Positions 45,222 to 55,773 are shown, numbered from the stretch's first letter. The stretch: DNA of 64,000 bases from Candidatus Methylomirabilis sp. (GCA_020722725.1 DYKG01000003.1:45129-109128), one strand, 5' to 3'. Made by a program: numbers and translations. The notes: a model not told the origin generated them from the sequence alone.

Positions 45222-46369
45222 CCGACAGGATGCAGTTGACCAAGAATAACCGGTCGTTTTGCCCCGGTTGCAGAGATAATATTGGCAGGTCTGCCCCTGA
45301 CAAAAGCATTACCCAGGGCGGCAAAAGCCATGGCTTCGCGAGCCATGACCGGCACACCGAATTCATCTGAAGTTGATACTTCACATTTTCCCTGCAGCTT
45401 TACCGCAAGTCGTCTCATCATTTCAAGATTTAAAGCACCGCCACCGGCGACAATCAAAGAGGCGGGAAATTTTACCCCAAGCCGGGGATCAATTATCGCA
45501 TCGACAATACTGCAACAGCTTATCTCAAGAAAGGTGGAAATTTTTTCAGCCAGACCGGCATCAGAAGAGAACCCCGGCAACACCTCAAGCATTCTGACTT
45601 TACCAAATTTCTCTCGACCGGTAGACTTGGGTGGAAGAATTGAAAAATATGGGTCTCTAAGGAATTCTTTGACCATCTTATGATCGGGCATGGCAGAGGC
45701 AGCCAGCTGACCATCACGATCATAATGCTCTTTGCCACCGGTTTCCTGTTCAATCAGACTATCCATCATCATGTTACCCGGGCCGGTGTCAAAGGCAGAA
45801 ACCACCTTAACATCGCCATTTTCCGACCGCAAAAAAGTTATGTTGGCTATCCCTCCAACATTCAAAACAATCCGGTCCGAAGAAAGATCGTGACCGAAAA
45901 AACACGCATCGGCAAAGGGAACCAGCGGGGCCCCCTGCCCTTCTGCCGCCATATCTGCTTCACGAAAATTACAGATCACCGGAATTCCGGTCTGCTGAGC
46001 AAGTAAAGAGCCATTAAGCAGCTGCAACGAGCCGCTTACCTGGTAACCATCCCATTTTTCCGCCTGCGGAACATGCAGAATCGTCTGGCCATGGGCAGCA
46101 ATATAGTCTGGCCTCTCTCTGCCCCCGGAAAAAAAATCGCGGCAAGCCTCAGAATACAGATGGGCAACATAACTATGGCCAAGAAGAGCGTCTTGAAGCG
46201 ACGGCTGTCCCATCAGGCGATGGATTCTATCGCGCACTGATGTGGAGAAAGGCCAGCCCGCATGCCAGAGCAATGAAAAAGATCCATCTTCACCAAATTC
46301 GACCAGAGCACCGTCAATGCCATCACCACTGGTACCGCTCATCATTCCGAGAACCTTGAGATTTTTCAT
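45218..46369 (-). CDS. anmK: Anhydro-N-acetylmuramic acid kinase
   Basis: N-terminus MKNLKVLGMMSGTSGDGIDGALVEF and overall AnmK-family pattern (GGGA..N). 383 aa. Confidence 0.85.
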   Translation of the reverse strand: MKNLKVLGMMSGTSGDGIDGALVEFGEDGSFSLLWHAGWPFSTSVRDRIHRLMGQPSLQDALLGHSYVAHLYSEACRDFFSGGRERPDYIAAHGQTILHVPQAEKWDGYQVSGSLQLLNGSLLAQQTGIPVICNFREADMAAEGQGAPLVPFADACFFGHDLSSDRIVLNVGGIANITFLRSENGDVKVVSAFDTGPGNMMMDSLIEQETGGKEHYDRDGQLAASAMPDHKMVKEFLRDPYFSILPPKSTGREKFGKVRMLEVLPGFSSDAGLAEKISTFLEISCCSIVDAIIDPRLGVKFPASLIVAGGGALNLEMMRRLAVKLQGKCEVSTSDEFGVPVMAREAMAFAALGNAFVRGRPANIISATGAKRPVILGQLHPVG

Positions 46370-46429
46370 AATATTTTTTGCCGAGGGCGCAACTCCTTAA
46401 ATGATCATTAATCTGCAAACCGGTCATTT

Positions 46430-46458
46430 TTGCTTAATCAAATCGATTGTGCTATTCT
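46430..46458 (+). promoter_or_regulatory. recA promoter candidate (TTGCTT-N17-TATTCT)
   Basis: -35 at 46430-46435 and -10 at 46453-46458, upstream of the RBS AGGAGG (46474-46479). The ORF-track TTG start at 46430 is the -35 element. Confidence 0.4.
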
Positions 46459-46486
46459 AGCAGAAATTGATACAGGAGGCACTTCG

Positions 46487-47539
46487 GTGGCTGAAACAAA
46501 CAACGAAAAACAAAAATCACTCGAAATTGCGATTGCAAGCATTGAAAAACAATTTGGAAAAGGCGCAGTCATGCGGCTTGGCAGCTCAAGACACCTGCAG
46601 GTCGAAGCGATTCCAACCGGTTCACTCTCTCTTGATTACGCGCTTGGTGTAGGTGGTGTGCCTCGTGGCCGCGTTGTTGAAATTTTTGGCCCGGAATCAT
46701 CTGGGAAAACTACGCTGACCCTTCATATTGTCGCCCAGGCCCAGAAGGCCGGCGGACAGGCTGCATTCATCGACGTGGAACACGCCCTCGACCCTGCATA
46801 TGCAAAGAAGCTTGGTGTTGACATTGACAATCTGCTGATTGCACAGCCCAGCAGCGGTGAAGAAGCTCTTGAAATTACAGAAATGCTGGTAAGAAGCAAT
46901 GCCATCGACTGCATAATCATCGACTCGGTAGCCGCGCTGACCAGCAAGGCTGAAATCGATGGCGATATGGGCGACACAACCGTTGGCATGCAGGCCCGCC
47001 TCATGTCTCAGGCAATGCGCAAACTCACCCCGGTTGTCAGCAAATCGAAGACCGTCTGTATTTTCATCAACCAGATTCGCGAAAAGATCGGGGTAATGTT
47101 TGGAAATCCAGAAACAACCCCGGGCGGTCGCGCACTGAAATTCTTCTCTTCGGTTCGTCTCGACATTCGCAAAAAAGACCAGATCAAAGAAGGCGAAGAC
47201 CCGGTCGGTTACGTTGCCGAAGTAAAGGTGGTCAAGAATAAAGTTGCGCCACCATTCAAGAAAGGAAAATTCGATATCATGTACGGCACCGGCATTTCGA
47301 CCGAAGGCGAAATTCTTGAAATCGCCGAATCGGCTAATATCATCAACAAATCAGGCGCATGGTATTCATACGGTGATATCAGAATCGGCCAGGGCCGTGA
47401 AAATTCAAAACAATTTTTTAAAGATAATCCTGACATTTTTGCCGAAATCATCATCAAGGTAAAAAAAGCCCTTGGAATGATTGAAGATAAAGCAGTAGAG
47501 CCTGCTGCAGACGAAAAGAAAAAAGCTTCCAAAAAATAA
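46487..47539 (+). CDS. recA: Recombinase RecA
   Basis: GTG 46487 sits 7 nt after AGGAGG. N-terminus [32 protein letters not shown]. Walker [21 protein letters not shown]. No intein: the length (351 aa) is normal. Confidence 0.92.
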   Translation: MAETNNEKQKSLEIAIASIEKQFGKGAVMRLGSSRHLQVEAIPTGSLSLDYALGVGGVPRGRVVEIFGPESSGKTTLTLHIVAQAQKAGGQAAFIDVEHALDPAYAKKLGVDIDNLLIAQPSSGEEALEITEMLVRSNAIDCIIIDSVAALTSKAEIDGDMGDTTVGMQARLMSQAMRKLTPVVSKSKTVCIFINQIREKIGVMFGNPETTPGGRALKFFSSVRLDIRKKDQIKEGEDPVGYVAEVKVVKNKVAPPFKKGKFDIMYGTGISTEGEILEIAESANIINKSGAWYSYGDIRIGQGRENSKQFFKDNPDIFAEIIIKVKKALGMIEDKAVEPAADEKKKASKK

Positions 47540-47557
47540 TTCAGTATTTTGCTGAAC

Positions 47558-47601
47558 CTGTCTCAAACTTCTGTTTTTCAGTCTTTTGAGACAGCTTTTT
47601 A
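47558..47601 (+). terminator. Rho-independent terminator after recA
   Basis: Perfect 10-bp stem CTGTCTCAAA / TTTGAGACAG (47558-47567 / 47585-47594) followed by CTTTTTA. The loop is 17 nt. Confidence 0.6.
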
Positions 47602-47617
47602 CTGCCGGGAGATTTTT

Positions 47618-50500
47618 TTGTTTAAGCCGGAAGATTTGTTCAAAAACGCCATTCTCTTTCTGCTGCTTGTTCTGCTGCCGATTGCCTCAAGCCTTTTCAC
47701 GGTTACGGAAGTTCTTGACGGGCTGTCAGCCACCAGCCGCGAAGAAATACTTGAAAAGCTGACAAACCGTTGTGGGGTTATTGGTGCCAGAGTTCACACA
47801 GAAGCTTTTTTCAAACCAATTTTTAATATTATGGTTCGGCGTTTCTTTGAATATGGCGAGAACGATGGTGAAAAGCTCAGCAAACTTGGTCGCGAATACA
47901 ACAAGCAGGCCGGAGTAACCATCGAATCTTTTGCTTTCAACTCAAAATCAGAGCTGATCAAAAGCGATTTTTCTTCGCCAGAACTGTGTGATGTGATTAT
48001 CTTTTTCTGGGAAGAAATCAACGGCCTGGATCACACAAGATTTTATGACCAGGTAAAACCCGCGATGCAGAAATATTTCGGTCGGGATTTTCATCCGCGA
48101 AAGATAAAAAAATTACGCAACCGGATTTTTACTTTTGTGGCGGGCAATCAGCCAGGCATGATTTTTTACTCGCTTAAGCGTGAAGCTGATAGAGAAGGGT
48201 TCAGAGGCCTGTTTCTGATTGTTAGAAATCTGCCTAATCATATAGATATTTTAAATAAATCAATGGCAAGCACAGAATTCAAAGATACAGGTCTTGCGAT
48301 GATAAGCAATGGCACAGACAAACAGATTATAAGCTCAAATCTTGACGCGAAAAAGGTTCGGGAAATTGAGCTGGAGATGATGAAAGACAATATCAATGTC
48401 ATTGAAAAATACGGCCAAATCTGGAAATTAACCAATTTCAGCGATTTTTCTATCATGGCAGCCGGGTCTTTTGATAAAAATATTTTTGAAATTCTCAGAA
48501 AAATTGCCATTTTGATCTCAGTCTTTTTTACGGTTCTCGGCGGCGCCGTCATTATTCGAAGCCGGATTTCATCAGCCAGAATCCGGATTTCCATCAGACT
48601 GAAGCTGATTGCGGTATTTCTTTTTGCCGTCTATTTGCCGCTGATAGGGCTTTTTCATTTGAGCTTCAAAGGTCTGCAGAACCGTCGTCAGGTTTTGGAA
48701 AACGAGGCCAGAAAAGCAATGCTCGACACCCTTTACCAGATTGACTCGGATTTTATGGCGAAAGAAGCAGAGATAAAAGCAATTTTTGACCGGGTTTTTC
48801 ATGACCGCACCTGGCAGTCCAGGCTATCTAAAGACTGGGCAGAAAACGATTGTATGATGAGAACGGTTGCCGGGGTAAACGTTGAAGGCGAAAGTTTTTT
48901 CAACTGGCTTGAGATTAGAAACACCGATCTTGAGCAGATTTTTTGCACCGCACGCGGCGAAGCAAACAATCGTATCAAAGATCTGAACCGGGTTATGGCA
49001 CAAATTTCCCTCGAAAAATTTGCGCCCGAAAATGTAAGTCAGGTGGGCAAAAAAATGCGCCAGTCTGACTTTCTGATCAGAAGTATTATGGAAAACCCGG
49101 TGCTCGGCTTCAGTCATTATTTTGAAAGTCCTGGTGAACTGGTCGAGATGGAATTTGAAGGTGCATTTCTCTACTGGTACTGGAATTATTACAAAAACCC
49201 GGTCGGCAATGTTGTTTTTTTCTCAAGCAATACCAAAGCCCAGTTCAACGCGGTAAATTATCTTGAAAAGAAACTTCTTGAAAGGTTTCATTTTGGCAAT
49301 TCCCAGCTTGAACTGGTTTCTTATCATCCTTCCGAACAAAAATGGGTTCCATCGGGAAAGGATATTCACAGTGCAATAGAAATGCTTATAAGAATAGGCA
49401 TTATCAATCAACGAATCACGTCAACAAAAATTGAAATTGACGGGCAGGTTTACCTGGCAACCTGCTTTCCCGGCATTAAAATCAGGGATGTTTTCATCGC
49501 CTGCCTCTACCCCATCGCCGAAATCAACTCAAGAATTGATTTGATGCGTCACCAGATTTATTTCGGCATGTTTCTCATTCTTCTGGTTGCTGTCTTAACC
49601 GGCCTGCTGCTCACCAGAACTTTTCTGCAGCCAGTCGGAGAATTAAACACAGGTTTGAATGCCCTGCGAAAAAGAGAAACGGAATTTCGCGTTAATATCG
49701 GGAATAATGATGAATTTGGCAGCCTTGGCGAAACTTTTAATCAGATGATGGTTGAAGTGAGTGAAATGCTGCTTGCCGGAGCGGTTCAACAATGTCTGAT
49801 TCCCACCGACCCGCCTCAGTTTGAAGGCTACGAGCTTATTCTTCACAACCAGATGGCTACCGACGTCGGGGGCGATTATGCCGACGCTTTTGCCCTGCCT
49901 GACAACCGCTTTCTTCTCGTAATGGGCGACGTTACCGGCCACGGAGTCAGTTCGTCAATTCTGACGGCAATGGTTAAAGCTCTGATTTTCAGGTTTTCTC
50001 AGCGCCACCAGGATCTCAGCCTGATCATGCGCGATCTCAGTCACATGATCTTCGATCTTCTGCATCATCGAAAGTTGATGACATTTTGCGCCATAATCAT
50101 TGAGCAGAACACGGGTAATTACATGCTCGCCAATGCCGGGCACCCGTTTCCGATGATCTGCAACCCTAATGGCAGCTCCCGAACAATCGAGCACAATTCC
50201 CTGCCGCTGGGGGTTTCAAAAAAAAGAAGTTCTTACTCGACAACCTCTGGAACCATCGAACCCGGCGAAGTTCTTATTCTTTATACCGATGGTATCGCCG
50301 AAGCCACCAATTCAAAAGGTCAGATGTTCGGTTTCGACCGGGTAAGAAATATTGTCGGGGAAAACTGCCACCAAAGCGGCAAAGCGATTAAAGAAGAACT
50401 GCTTAATCAGTTCTGGTCGCATTATACCGAGAAGCATCTCGATGATGATCTCACGTTTATTATTCTCAAACGATTGTCTGATCACGCTTTAGAACAATGA
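47618..50500 (+). CDS. Membrane-bound SpoIIE-type PP2C phosphatase with HAMP domain and a large N-terminal sensor region
   Basis: HAMP (LLTRTFLQPVGELNTGLNALRKRETEFRVNIGNNDEFGSLGETFNQMM). PP2C motifs GDVTGHGVSSSILTAMVKA and ...DDDLTFIILKR. The start is moved to TTG 47618 (MFKPEDLFKNAILFLLLVLLPIASSLF, a signal anchor) because the ORF-track start 47549 overlaps the recA terminator. Confidence 0.7.
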   Translation: MFKPEDLFKNAILFLLLVLLPIASSLFTVTEVLDGLSATSREEILEKLTNRCGVIGARVHTEAFFKPIFNIMVRRFFEYGENDGEKLSKLGREYNKQAGVTIESFAFNSKSELIKSDFSSPELCDVIIFFWEEINGLDHTRFYDQVKPAMQKYFGRDFHPRKIKKLRNRIFTFVAGNQPGMIFYSLKREADREGFRGLFLIVRNLPNHIDILNKSMASTEFKDTGLAMISNGTDKQIISSNLDAKKVREIELEMMKDNINVIEKYGQIWKLTNFSDFSIMAAGSFDKNIFEILRKIAILISVFFTVLGGAVIIRSRISSARIRISIRLKLIAVFLFAVYLPLIGLFHLSFKGLQNRRQVLENEARKAMLDTLYQIDSDFMAKEAEIKAIFDRVFHDRTWQSRLSKDWAENDCMMRTVAGVNVEGESFFNWLEIRNTDLEQIFCTARGEANNRIKDLNRVMAQISLEKFAPENVSQVGKKMRQSDFLIRSIMENPVLGFSHYFESPGELVEMEFEGAFLYWYWNYYKNPVGNVVFFSSNTKAQFNAVNYLEKKLLERFHFGNSQLELVSYHPSEQKWVPSGKDIHSAIEMLIRIGIINQRITSTKIEIDGQVYLATCFPGIKIRDVFIACLYPIAEINSRIDLMRHQIYFGMFLILLVAVLTGLLLTRTFLQPVGELNTGLNALRKRETEFRVNIGNNDEFGSLGETFNQMMVEVSEMLLAGAVQQCLIPTDPPQFEGYELILHNQMATDVGGDYADAFALPDNRFLLVMGDVTGHGVSSSILTAMVKALIFRFSQRHQDLSLIMRDLSHMIFDLLHHRKLMTFCAIIIEQNTGNYMLANAGHPFPMICNPNGSSRTIEHNSLPLGVSKKRSSYSTTSGTIEPGEVLILYTDGIAEATNSKGQMFGFDRVRNIVGENCHQSGKAIKEELLNQFWSHYTEKHLDDDLTFIILKRLSDHALEQ

Positions 50501-53300
50501 TGGTTAAATCGTCATCGGGTTCGGCCTCGCCCAACCATTGATCGTAGCATTTAACCAGACCGGCAAGAATCTCCTGAGCCGAGTCATTAGCCATGGCTTT
50601 CAGGTTTTCCTTGAACTGATCATAGCCATACATTTCATCGGCTTTGTTTTTCACTTCGATCAGGCCGTCGGTATAAAAGACGGCGGTGTCACAAGGGGCG
50701 ATCTGATAATAATTCAGATTGAGATTTCGCAGCTTTTTCGTGGCACCGATCGGCAGGTGCACAGCAGAAAACTCCTCTATTTCGCCTGCTCCTGAGACCT
50801 TGACAGGAAAATTATGCCCGGCATTGGCGCAGCAGATCTCGCCGCTTTCGCAATGCAGAATTGCAGCAAAGAGGGTGATCATCTTGCGCGCCGGCGGAAT
50901 TTTGAAATAGGTATGAATAGTCAAATTCAAGTCGGCAAAAAGCTCAACCAGAGAGCGTTGCTCTTTCAGGCTCTGATAAACGATCGCTTTTGCCATTGCC
51001 ATAACCAGTGCTGAGCTGACCCCGTGGCCGGTAACATCGCCGACCAGCAGACAGACTCTTTCATCATCGAGTTTATGCAGATCGAAATAATCTCCGCCGA
51101 CATCTGAAGCCATGCGGTTGACGAAAGCCACTGAATAGCCCTTGATGGGCGGAAATTCAGACGGCAGAAGCGATTCCTGAACATCACGGGCCAACTGCAT
51201 TTCCTTCAAATCTTCAATCATATGATTGAAACTGACCGAAAGATCACCAAACTCATCATTTTGACGGGTTTTGATGCGAAAATCCGCATCGCGACGCTTA
51301 ATCGCCAGAACTCCTTCAGACAGTTGACGAATCGGTTCCAGAAATGTGTTTGAAAGAATATTACCGGTCAGCAGTGCTACCAGAAGAAAAGCAAACATGC
51401 TCAATGAAAGCAGTTTTCTGATACGAGACAGATCTTGATCGACAATCTCTTTTGGAAAGAAAGTGAAAAAACTGTAATCGCGTGCATATTTACCCTTCTG
51501 GCCGGTCAACAGATAAGCACGACCGTTTATTTCCATTTCAGTATCGAGTGGTTTGTCGGTAAACTTCAGACGCTCAGAAAACTTGATCAGGTATGGGTTT
51601 CTTACCGGTCGTGACGGATACCACTCGCCACTGGCATTATGTAGTGCAAGAGTAATATAAGGAGCCTCATGGGGGCTTTTAAATATTTCTTTTAAACGAA
51701 CTTTTACCAGTCTTCTTACCAGAATTGAAGCTGATTGAACCGCAAAAATGTAAACTTTTTCGGCCTTTAGATTGTCGATTATCTGCCAGAAAATCAACAA
51801 AGGCACCGGGCCAAACTGATGCGGATGAATTTCTCCAGGGCGGTCGAATAGAAAGAACATGCCACCTTCCGGAGCTTTAACCACCATGCTGATAATCGGG
51901 TCAACCGAATCTCCAAGATTGGTTCCCAGGGCGGTATCAATGCAAAATCGGCTGAACGCTTCTGAAACCTCGCGCATGCCCTCGAAAAACAACTCGTTAA
52001 CCTGGTTAAAAGTAACTTTTCCATTTATATCACGCACTTCGACCGTTACCAGCTCATTACTGGCAACCTTCGGCTTCAAGGCTTCCCTGATCTGGCGATG
52101 GTCACCGGTAGCAATGACGGGCAACAGCCGTTTCATTTCCGGCTGGTAGACTTCTCCTACCCGACTGAATGATTCGTCGAGCTTAAAAAGCCTCTGCCTG
52201 GAAGTGCTGGCAATTCTGGCAATCAAAGTTTGTTCGCGGTCTGAATAATACTGGTAACCGAGAAAAAGAAAACCCATCAAAGGCATAAAAATCGCTGTAA
52301 CAAACAGAACACTTAATTTAAATCTGATTGGCAGACGCAGGTCGCGAAACTTCATAGAAACTATCAGCGCAATACCGACCAGCATAATAATGGAAAAGAA
52401 CAGGACGAGATACATCTGCCGAAAAAAGGTTTCAGAGTATTTCGCGGCAACCGCCACCCAGCCGTCCTGAAGTTTTCTACTGATCCAAAGCACATCATCA
52501 ACCAGATAAAAAGGCTGATTCATTAAAACAAGCCGGTTTTTGATTTCCTGAGAGTAATCTTGGGCAACCGGAAGTCTGCCAAAATCAATTCGGTGCGAAT
52601 CAGCAACTTCGGCAAAGGCATTCATGAAATCGTTGTTTCGCTTTTTTTGAAGATCTATTCTGTATGAAAGCTCCGGAAGATTCCAGAACACCATGATAAT
52701 GCCGGCTTTATTTACCGTTCTACTCCGGTTCCAATAAACAAAGCCTTTCTGGTGTTTAACCATGATCTGCAGCAGACCATCTTTTTTCTCGAGCAGCTGT
52801 GCAACCTTGAATTCTTCGCCGAGCAAAGATTTTACCGGTTTTCGGATCTTTTTGAAAAGTTCACTCTGTTTTTCAGAATCTGCCTGAATCAGCTCCCATA
52901 GCCGCATCGAAACATATCTTGACCTGAGTTTCACCTGCTCTGGAGTTATCAGGCGGCCATCGTCACCAAACAGGTAAATATCGAAGTCGCATGGAAAGAA
53001 TTTCTTCAGACGATCGATATAATTTTTGATCCGACCCGGTTCCTTGTGAGAATGCCTCAGACTAAGCCAGGCTCCGCGTGCTATTCTGGCAAGAAAAATC
53101 TGGTTGTCAACATCGCAGGCGAACTGGGTAAGCCTGGTTTCGAGATCCTGGCGGGCAGCCGCAAAAGCCTGACGCTGCTCAAAGTCAATCGCATTGATTC
53201 CGAGGACCAGGGTAATGATTGCCGGCAGCAGCACAAACAGGGCAAAAGATGCGATTAACCCCGACAACCTGCCACGATTGGCATCGCCATAATTAATCAT
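50466..53300 (-). CDS. Membrane-bound SpoIIE-type PP2C phosphatase with HAMP domain (paralog of the previous gene, tail to tail)
   Basis: HAMP (LEPIRQLSEGVLAIKRRDADFRIKTRQNDEFGDLSVSFNHMIEDL). GDVTGHGVSSALVMAMAKA and ...DDDLTIIVLKR. The 3' end overlaps the 3' end of the plus-strand paralog by 35 bp. Confidence 0.7.
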   Translation of the reverse strand: MINYGDANRGRLSGLIASFALFVLLPAIITLVLGINAIDFEQRQAFAAARQDLETRLTQFACDVDNQIFLARIARGAWLSLRHSHKEPGRIKNYIDRLKKFFPCDFDIYLFGDDGRLITPEQVKLRSRYVSMRLWELIQADSEKQSELFKKIRKPVKSLLGEEFKVAQLLEKKDGLLQIMVKHQKGFVYWNRSRTVNKAGIIMVFWNLPELSYRIDLQKKRNNDFMNAFAEVADSHRIDFGRLPVAQDYSQEIKNRLVLMNQPFYLVDDVLWISRKLQDGWVAVAAKYSETFFRQMYLVLFFSIIMLVGIALIVSMKFRDLRLPIRFKLSVLFVTAIFMPLMGFLFLGYQYYSDREQTLIARIASTSRQRLFKLDESFSRVGEVYQPEMKRLLPVIATGDHRQIREALKPKVASNELVTVEVRDINGKVTFNQVNELFFEGMREVSEAFSRFCIDTALGTNLGDSVDPIISMVVKAPEGGMFFLFDRPGEIHPHQFGPVPLLIFWQIIDNLKAEKVYIFAVQSASILVRRLVKVRLKEIFKSPHEAPYITLALHNASGEWYPSRPVRNPYLIKFSERLKFTDKPLDTEMEINGRAYLLTGQKGKYARDYSFFTFFPKEIVDQDLSRIRKLLSLSMFAFLLVALLTGNILSNTFLEPIRQLSEGVLAIKRRDADFRIKTRQNDEFGDLSVSFNHMIEDLKEMQLARDVQESLLPSEFPPIKGYSVAFVNRMASDVGGDYFDLHKLDDERVCLLVGDVTGHGVSSALVMAMAKAIVYQSLKEQRSLVELFADLNLTIHTYFKIPPARKMITLFAAILHCESGEICCANAGHNFPVKVSGAGEIEEFSAVHLPIGATKKLRNLNLNYYQIAPCDTAVFYTDGLIEVKNKADEMYGYDQFKENLKAMANDSAQEILAGLVKCYDQWLGEAEPDDDLTIIVLKRDQTIV

Positions 53301-53384
53301 GGTTGCCTGCCCGCCTTCATTATTGTATCATCCATTCTTCCGTAAAGATTATTACTTTCCCGGTAAAAGGACAAGCCAAAGCAG

Positions 53385-53981
53385 ATGGGATTTATCAAAA
53401 AACTTTATAACTGGGTTCTTTCGTGGGCCGAAACCTCCTATGCAATTCCGGCACTTTTCATGCTTGCTTTTGCTGAGTCGAGCTTTTTTCCCATTCCACC
53501 AGACGTTTTACTGATTGCTATGGCCCTCTCCAGACCGGAAAGTTCACTATGGTATTCGACAATTTGCACGGCCGGTTCAGTTTTCGGTGCCATGGGCGGT
53601 TATATTATCGGCTATGCTTTCTGGCAGGCGGTTGGCACCTATTTCTTTCTTTACGTGCCTGGCTTTACCGAAGAACTGTTCAACAAGGTCTGTCAATCTT
53701 ATGAAGAAAATTCGGTTTTTATCATTTTTACCGCAGCCTTCACCCCAATACCATACAAGGTATTCACTATTACTGCCGGGGTCTCGAAAATTTCGCTGCT
53801 GCCATTCCTGCTCGCTTCAATTTTCGGGCGCGGTGCCCGTTTTTACCTGCTCGGCATATTGTTTCGCAAATTTGGCCAGCAGGCCAGGGAATTTATCGAA
53901 AAATACTTCAACCTGCTAACCCTGCTGGTTGTAATAATTTATTTCCTGGCTTTCTATCTGGTTCCGGTTATTTTCAAATAG
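53385..53981 (+). CDS. YqaA/DedA-type (SNARE-associated/VTT domain) membrane protein
   Basis: LAFAESSFFPIPPDVLLIAMA motif. Four or five TM segments. 198 aa. Confidence 0.6.
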   Translation: MGFIKKLYNWVLSWAETSYAIPALFMLAFAESSFFPIPPDVLLIAMALSRPESSLWYSTICTAGSVFGAMGGYIIGYAFWQAVGTYFFLYVPGFTEELFNKVCQSYEENSVFIIFTAAFTPIPYKVFTITAGVSKISLLPFLLASIFGRGARFYLLGILFRKFGQQAREFIEKYFNLLTLLVVIIYFLAFYLVPVIFK

Positions 53982-55625
53982 TTATTTAACCATATCGTCG
54001 AGCCAGATAAGTCGGTAATTGATGAACGGTTGCCCCATCGGACCGAGGGTTATGCCATTAACCTGCGGCTGCCGCAAAAGATGGGTGGTATAGAAGTAAA
54101 GAAACACCCATGGAGCCTCGTCAACAATAAGCCTTTCAGCCTGGCGGTACAGCCCCACCCTTTTTTCGTTCTCGGTTTCAAACCGGGCCTGATCAAGCAA
54201 TTTATCAAGTTCAGGATTGTTCAGGCCAGGGAAATTGTAGCTATGACCGATATTGCTCGAATGGAAAAGTGTGTAGAGAAAGCTGTCGGGATCGGGGTAA
54301 TCTACTGTCCAGCCCATGCGGAAAAAAGCAGCCTCGCCAGACTCGACCGACTGAAGATGCGGGCCAAAATCAAGTTCACGAATGCGGCATTTAATGCCAA
54401 TATCACCAAAGTTGGCAAGAATGAATTCGCCGATTCTGGTGTGAATGACGTCTTTGTTATACTGCAGCTCGATTTCGGGAAAGCCCTTCCCATTTGGAAA
54501 ACCTGCCTGTGCCAGAAGTTCTCGGGCCTTTTGCGGGTCATACCCATAGCCTTCCAGCTTCGGGTCAAACCCGGTTATTCCGGGAGGCAGCACTCCATTG
54601 GCGATTCGGGCTCGGTCGTTCAGAACAAGCTGTACGATAACCTGCCGGTCGATGGCAAAATTAAGTGCCTGGCGCACCAGTTTGCTATCGAACGGGGGCT
54701 TTTTCATGTTCATCCCAAGATAATTTGTTCCCCAACGGCTGGTTTCGAGTAACAGCGGGGCAAGTTCTGAATTCTGCTTAACATTCCTGTATTCTGAATC
54801 AGGCACATCGACATGCATCAATTCACCTTTGCGAAACATTTCAAAACGGGCGGCTTCGTCGGCAACCACAAGAAATTCAATACGGTCAAGCCAGGGTCTT
54901 TTTCGGTAATAACGATCGTTTGCAGTGAGAATCAAAGAGTCTTTCTGCCGTCCTGACCAGGTAAATGGACCGGTTCCGACGGGGTTCGTGCTTAAATCAC
55001 CGCTCGCAACATCTTCCCTGGCCACTATAAAGGCATTACACATGCCCAGCAACGAAACAAACGGCGCGAAGGGTTTTTCAAGCTCAAACTTAACGGTAAA
55101 GCTCGAAACTGCTGTTACGCCAGGCAGGCTCTCTGTTTTTTCTGCGGCATAATCGGCTGCGCCTTTGATAACATTAAAAAAAGCTCCCTGATGATCCTTT
55201 TCTGATTTTAACAACCGGTTGAAGGTATAAACCACATCTTCTGCCGTAAGAATTCTTCCACCATTTGCGGTTGGCTTACCGCCGGAAAAAGCATGAAAAT
55301 GGACATCTTCACGAAGCTTGAACAGGTAAACCAGCTTGTCTTGGCTGATTTCCCAGCTTTCGGCAATAGCAGGCGCCGGTCTTGCATTCTCATCAAATTC
55401 GATCAGGCCGTCGTAAAGCTGACGACAAACTTCATGAGAGTTAGAATCTTTTATCAATGCGGGGTCTAGAACAATATACGAATCGGCAAAAGCCCGACGA
55501 TAAACGCCGCCCTGCTTTGGCACGACGACTTTTGCTACGGGAGTTTCTACAGAAGAGTTTGAGCATCCGGCTTGAAAAAGAGAGATAGCCAGCAAAAAAA
55601 ACATCATTCGGCGAAAAAACATCAT
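53982..55625 (-). CDS. Solute-binding protein family 5 (OppA/DppA-like peptide/nickel binding lipoprotein), orphan with no adjacent permease or ATPase
   Basis: SBP_bac_5 pattern (GGVYRRAFADSYIVLDPALIKDSNSHEV...LYDGLIEFDENARPAPAIAESWEISQD). The probable start is Met29 (MMFFRRMMFFLLAISLFQAGC, lipoprotein signal). The ORF track extends to 55709. Confidence 0.7.
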   Translation of the reverse strand: MMFFRRMMFFLLAISLFQAGCSNSSVETPVAKVVVPKQGGVYRRAFADSYIVLDPALIKDSNSHEVCRQLYDGLIEFDENARPAPAIAESWEISQDKLVYLFKLREDVHFHAFSGGKPTANGGRILTAEDVVYTFNRLLKSEKDHQGAFFNVIKGAADYAAEKTESLPGVTAVSSFTVKFELEKPFAPFVSLLGMCNAFIVAREDVASGDLSTNPVGTGPFTWSGRQKDSLILTANDRYYRKRPWLDRIEFLVVADEAARFEMFRKGELMHVDVPDSEYRNVKQNSELAPLLLETSRWGTNYLGMNMKKPPFDSKLVRQALNFAIDRQVIVQLVLNDRARIANGVLPPGITGFDPKLEGYGYDPQKARELLAQAGFPNGKGFPEIELQYNKDVIHTRIGEFILANFGDIGIKCRIRELDFGPHLQSVESGEAAFFRMGWTVDYPDPDSFLYTLFHSSNIGHSYNFPGLNNPELDKLLDQARFETENEKRVGLYRQAERLIVDEAPWVFLYFYTTHLLRQPQVNGITLGPMGQPFINYRLIWLDDMVK

Positions 55626-55744
55626 TATACTTCTCAAAAACTGCAATGGCAGAATGATAACATGTGCAGAGCAATTGACCAAATTTAAACCGCTTCGATC
55701 GTCAGACAATTATTTTTCAATTACCACAACGGGTTTTTCGCCAC

Positions 55745-55773
55745 TTGATTTTAGAAAGATTTAGTGCTAAAAT
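55745..55773 (+). promoter_or_regulatory. Promoter of the rimP-nusA-infB operon (TTGATT-N17-TAAAAT)
   Basis: -35 at 55745-55750, an exact 17-nt spacer, -10 at 55768-55773. A ~100-nt leader follows, containing the hairpin CCGCTtttagAGCGG plus a T-run (55821-55850). Confidence 0.5.

Noticed and set aside
46430-46486. ORF-track extension of recA from TTG 46430 (and similar upstream extensions at 1840, 7822, 20401, 34840, 39404, 47549, 60158)
   Set aside because: These extensions overlap RBSs, promoters, terminators or upstream genes. Downstream ATG/GTG/TTG starts with SD support give canonical N-termini.
46487-47539. Intein in recA / split recA
   Set aside because: Protein length (351 aa) and continuous motifs are normal. 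There is no insertion.
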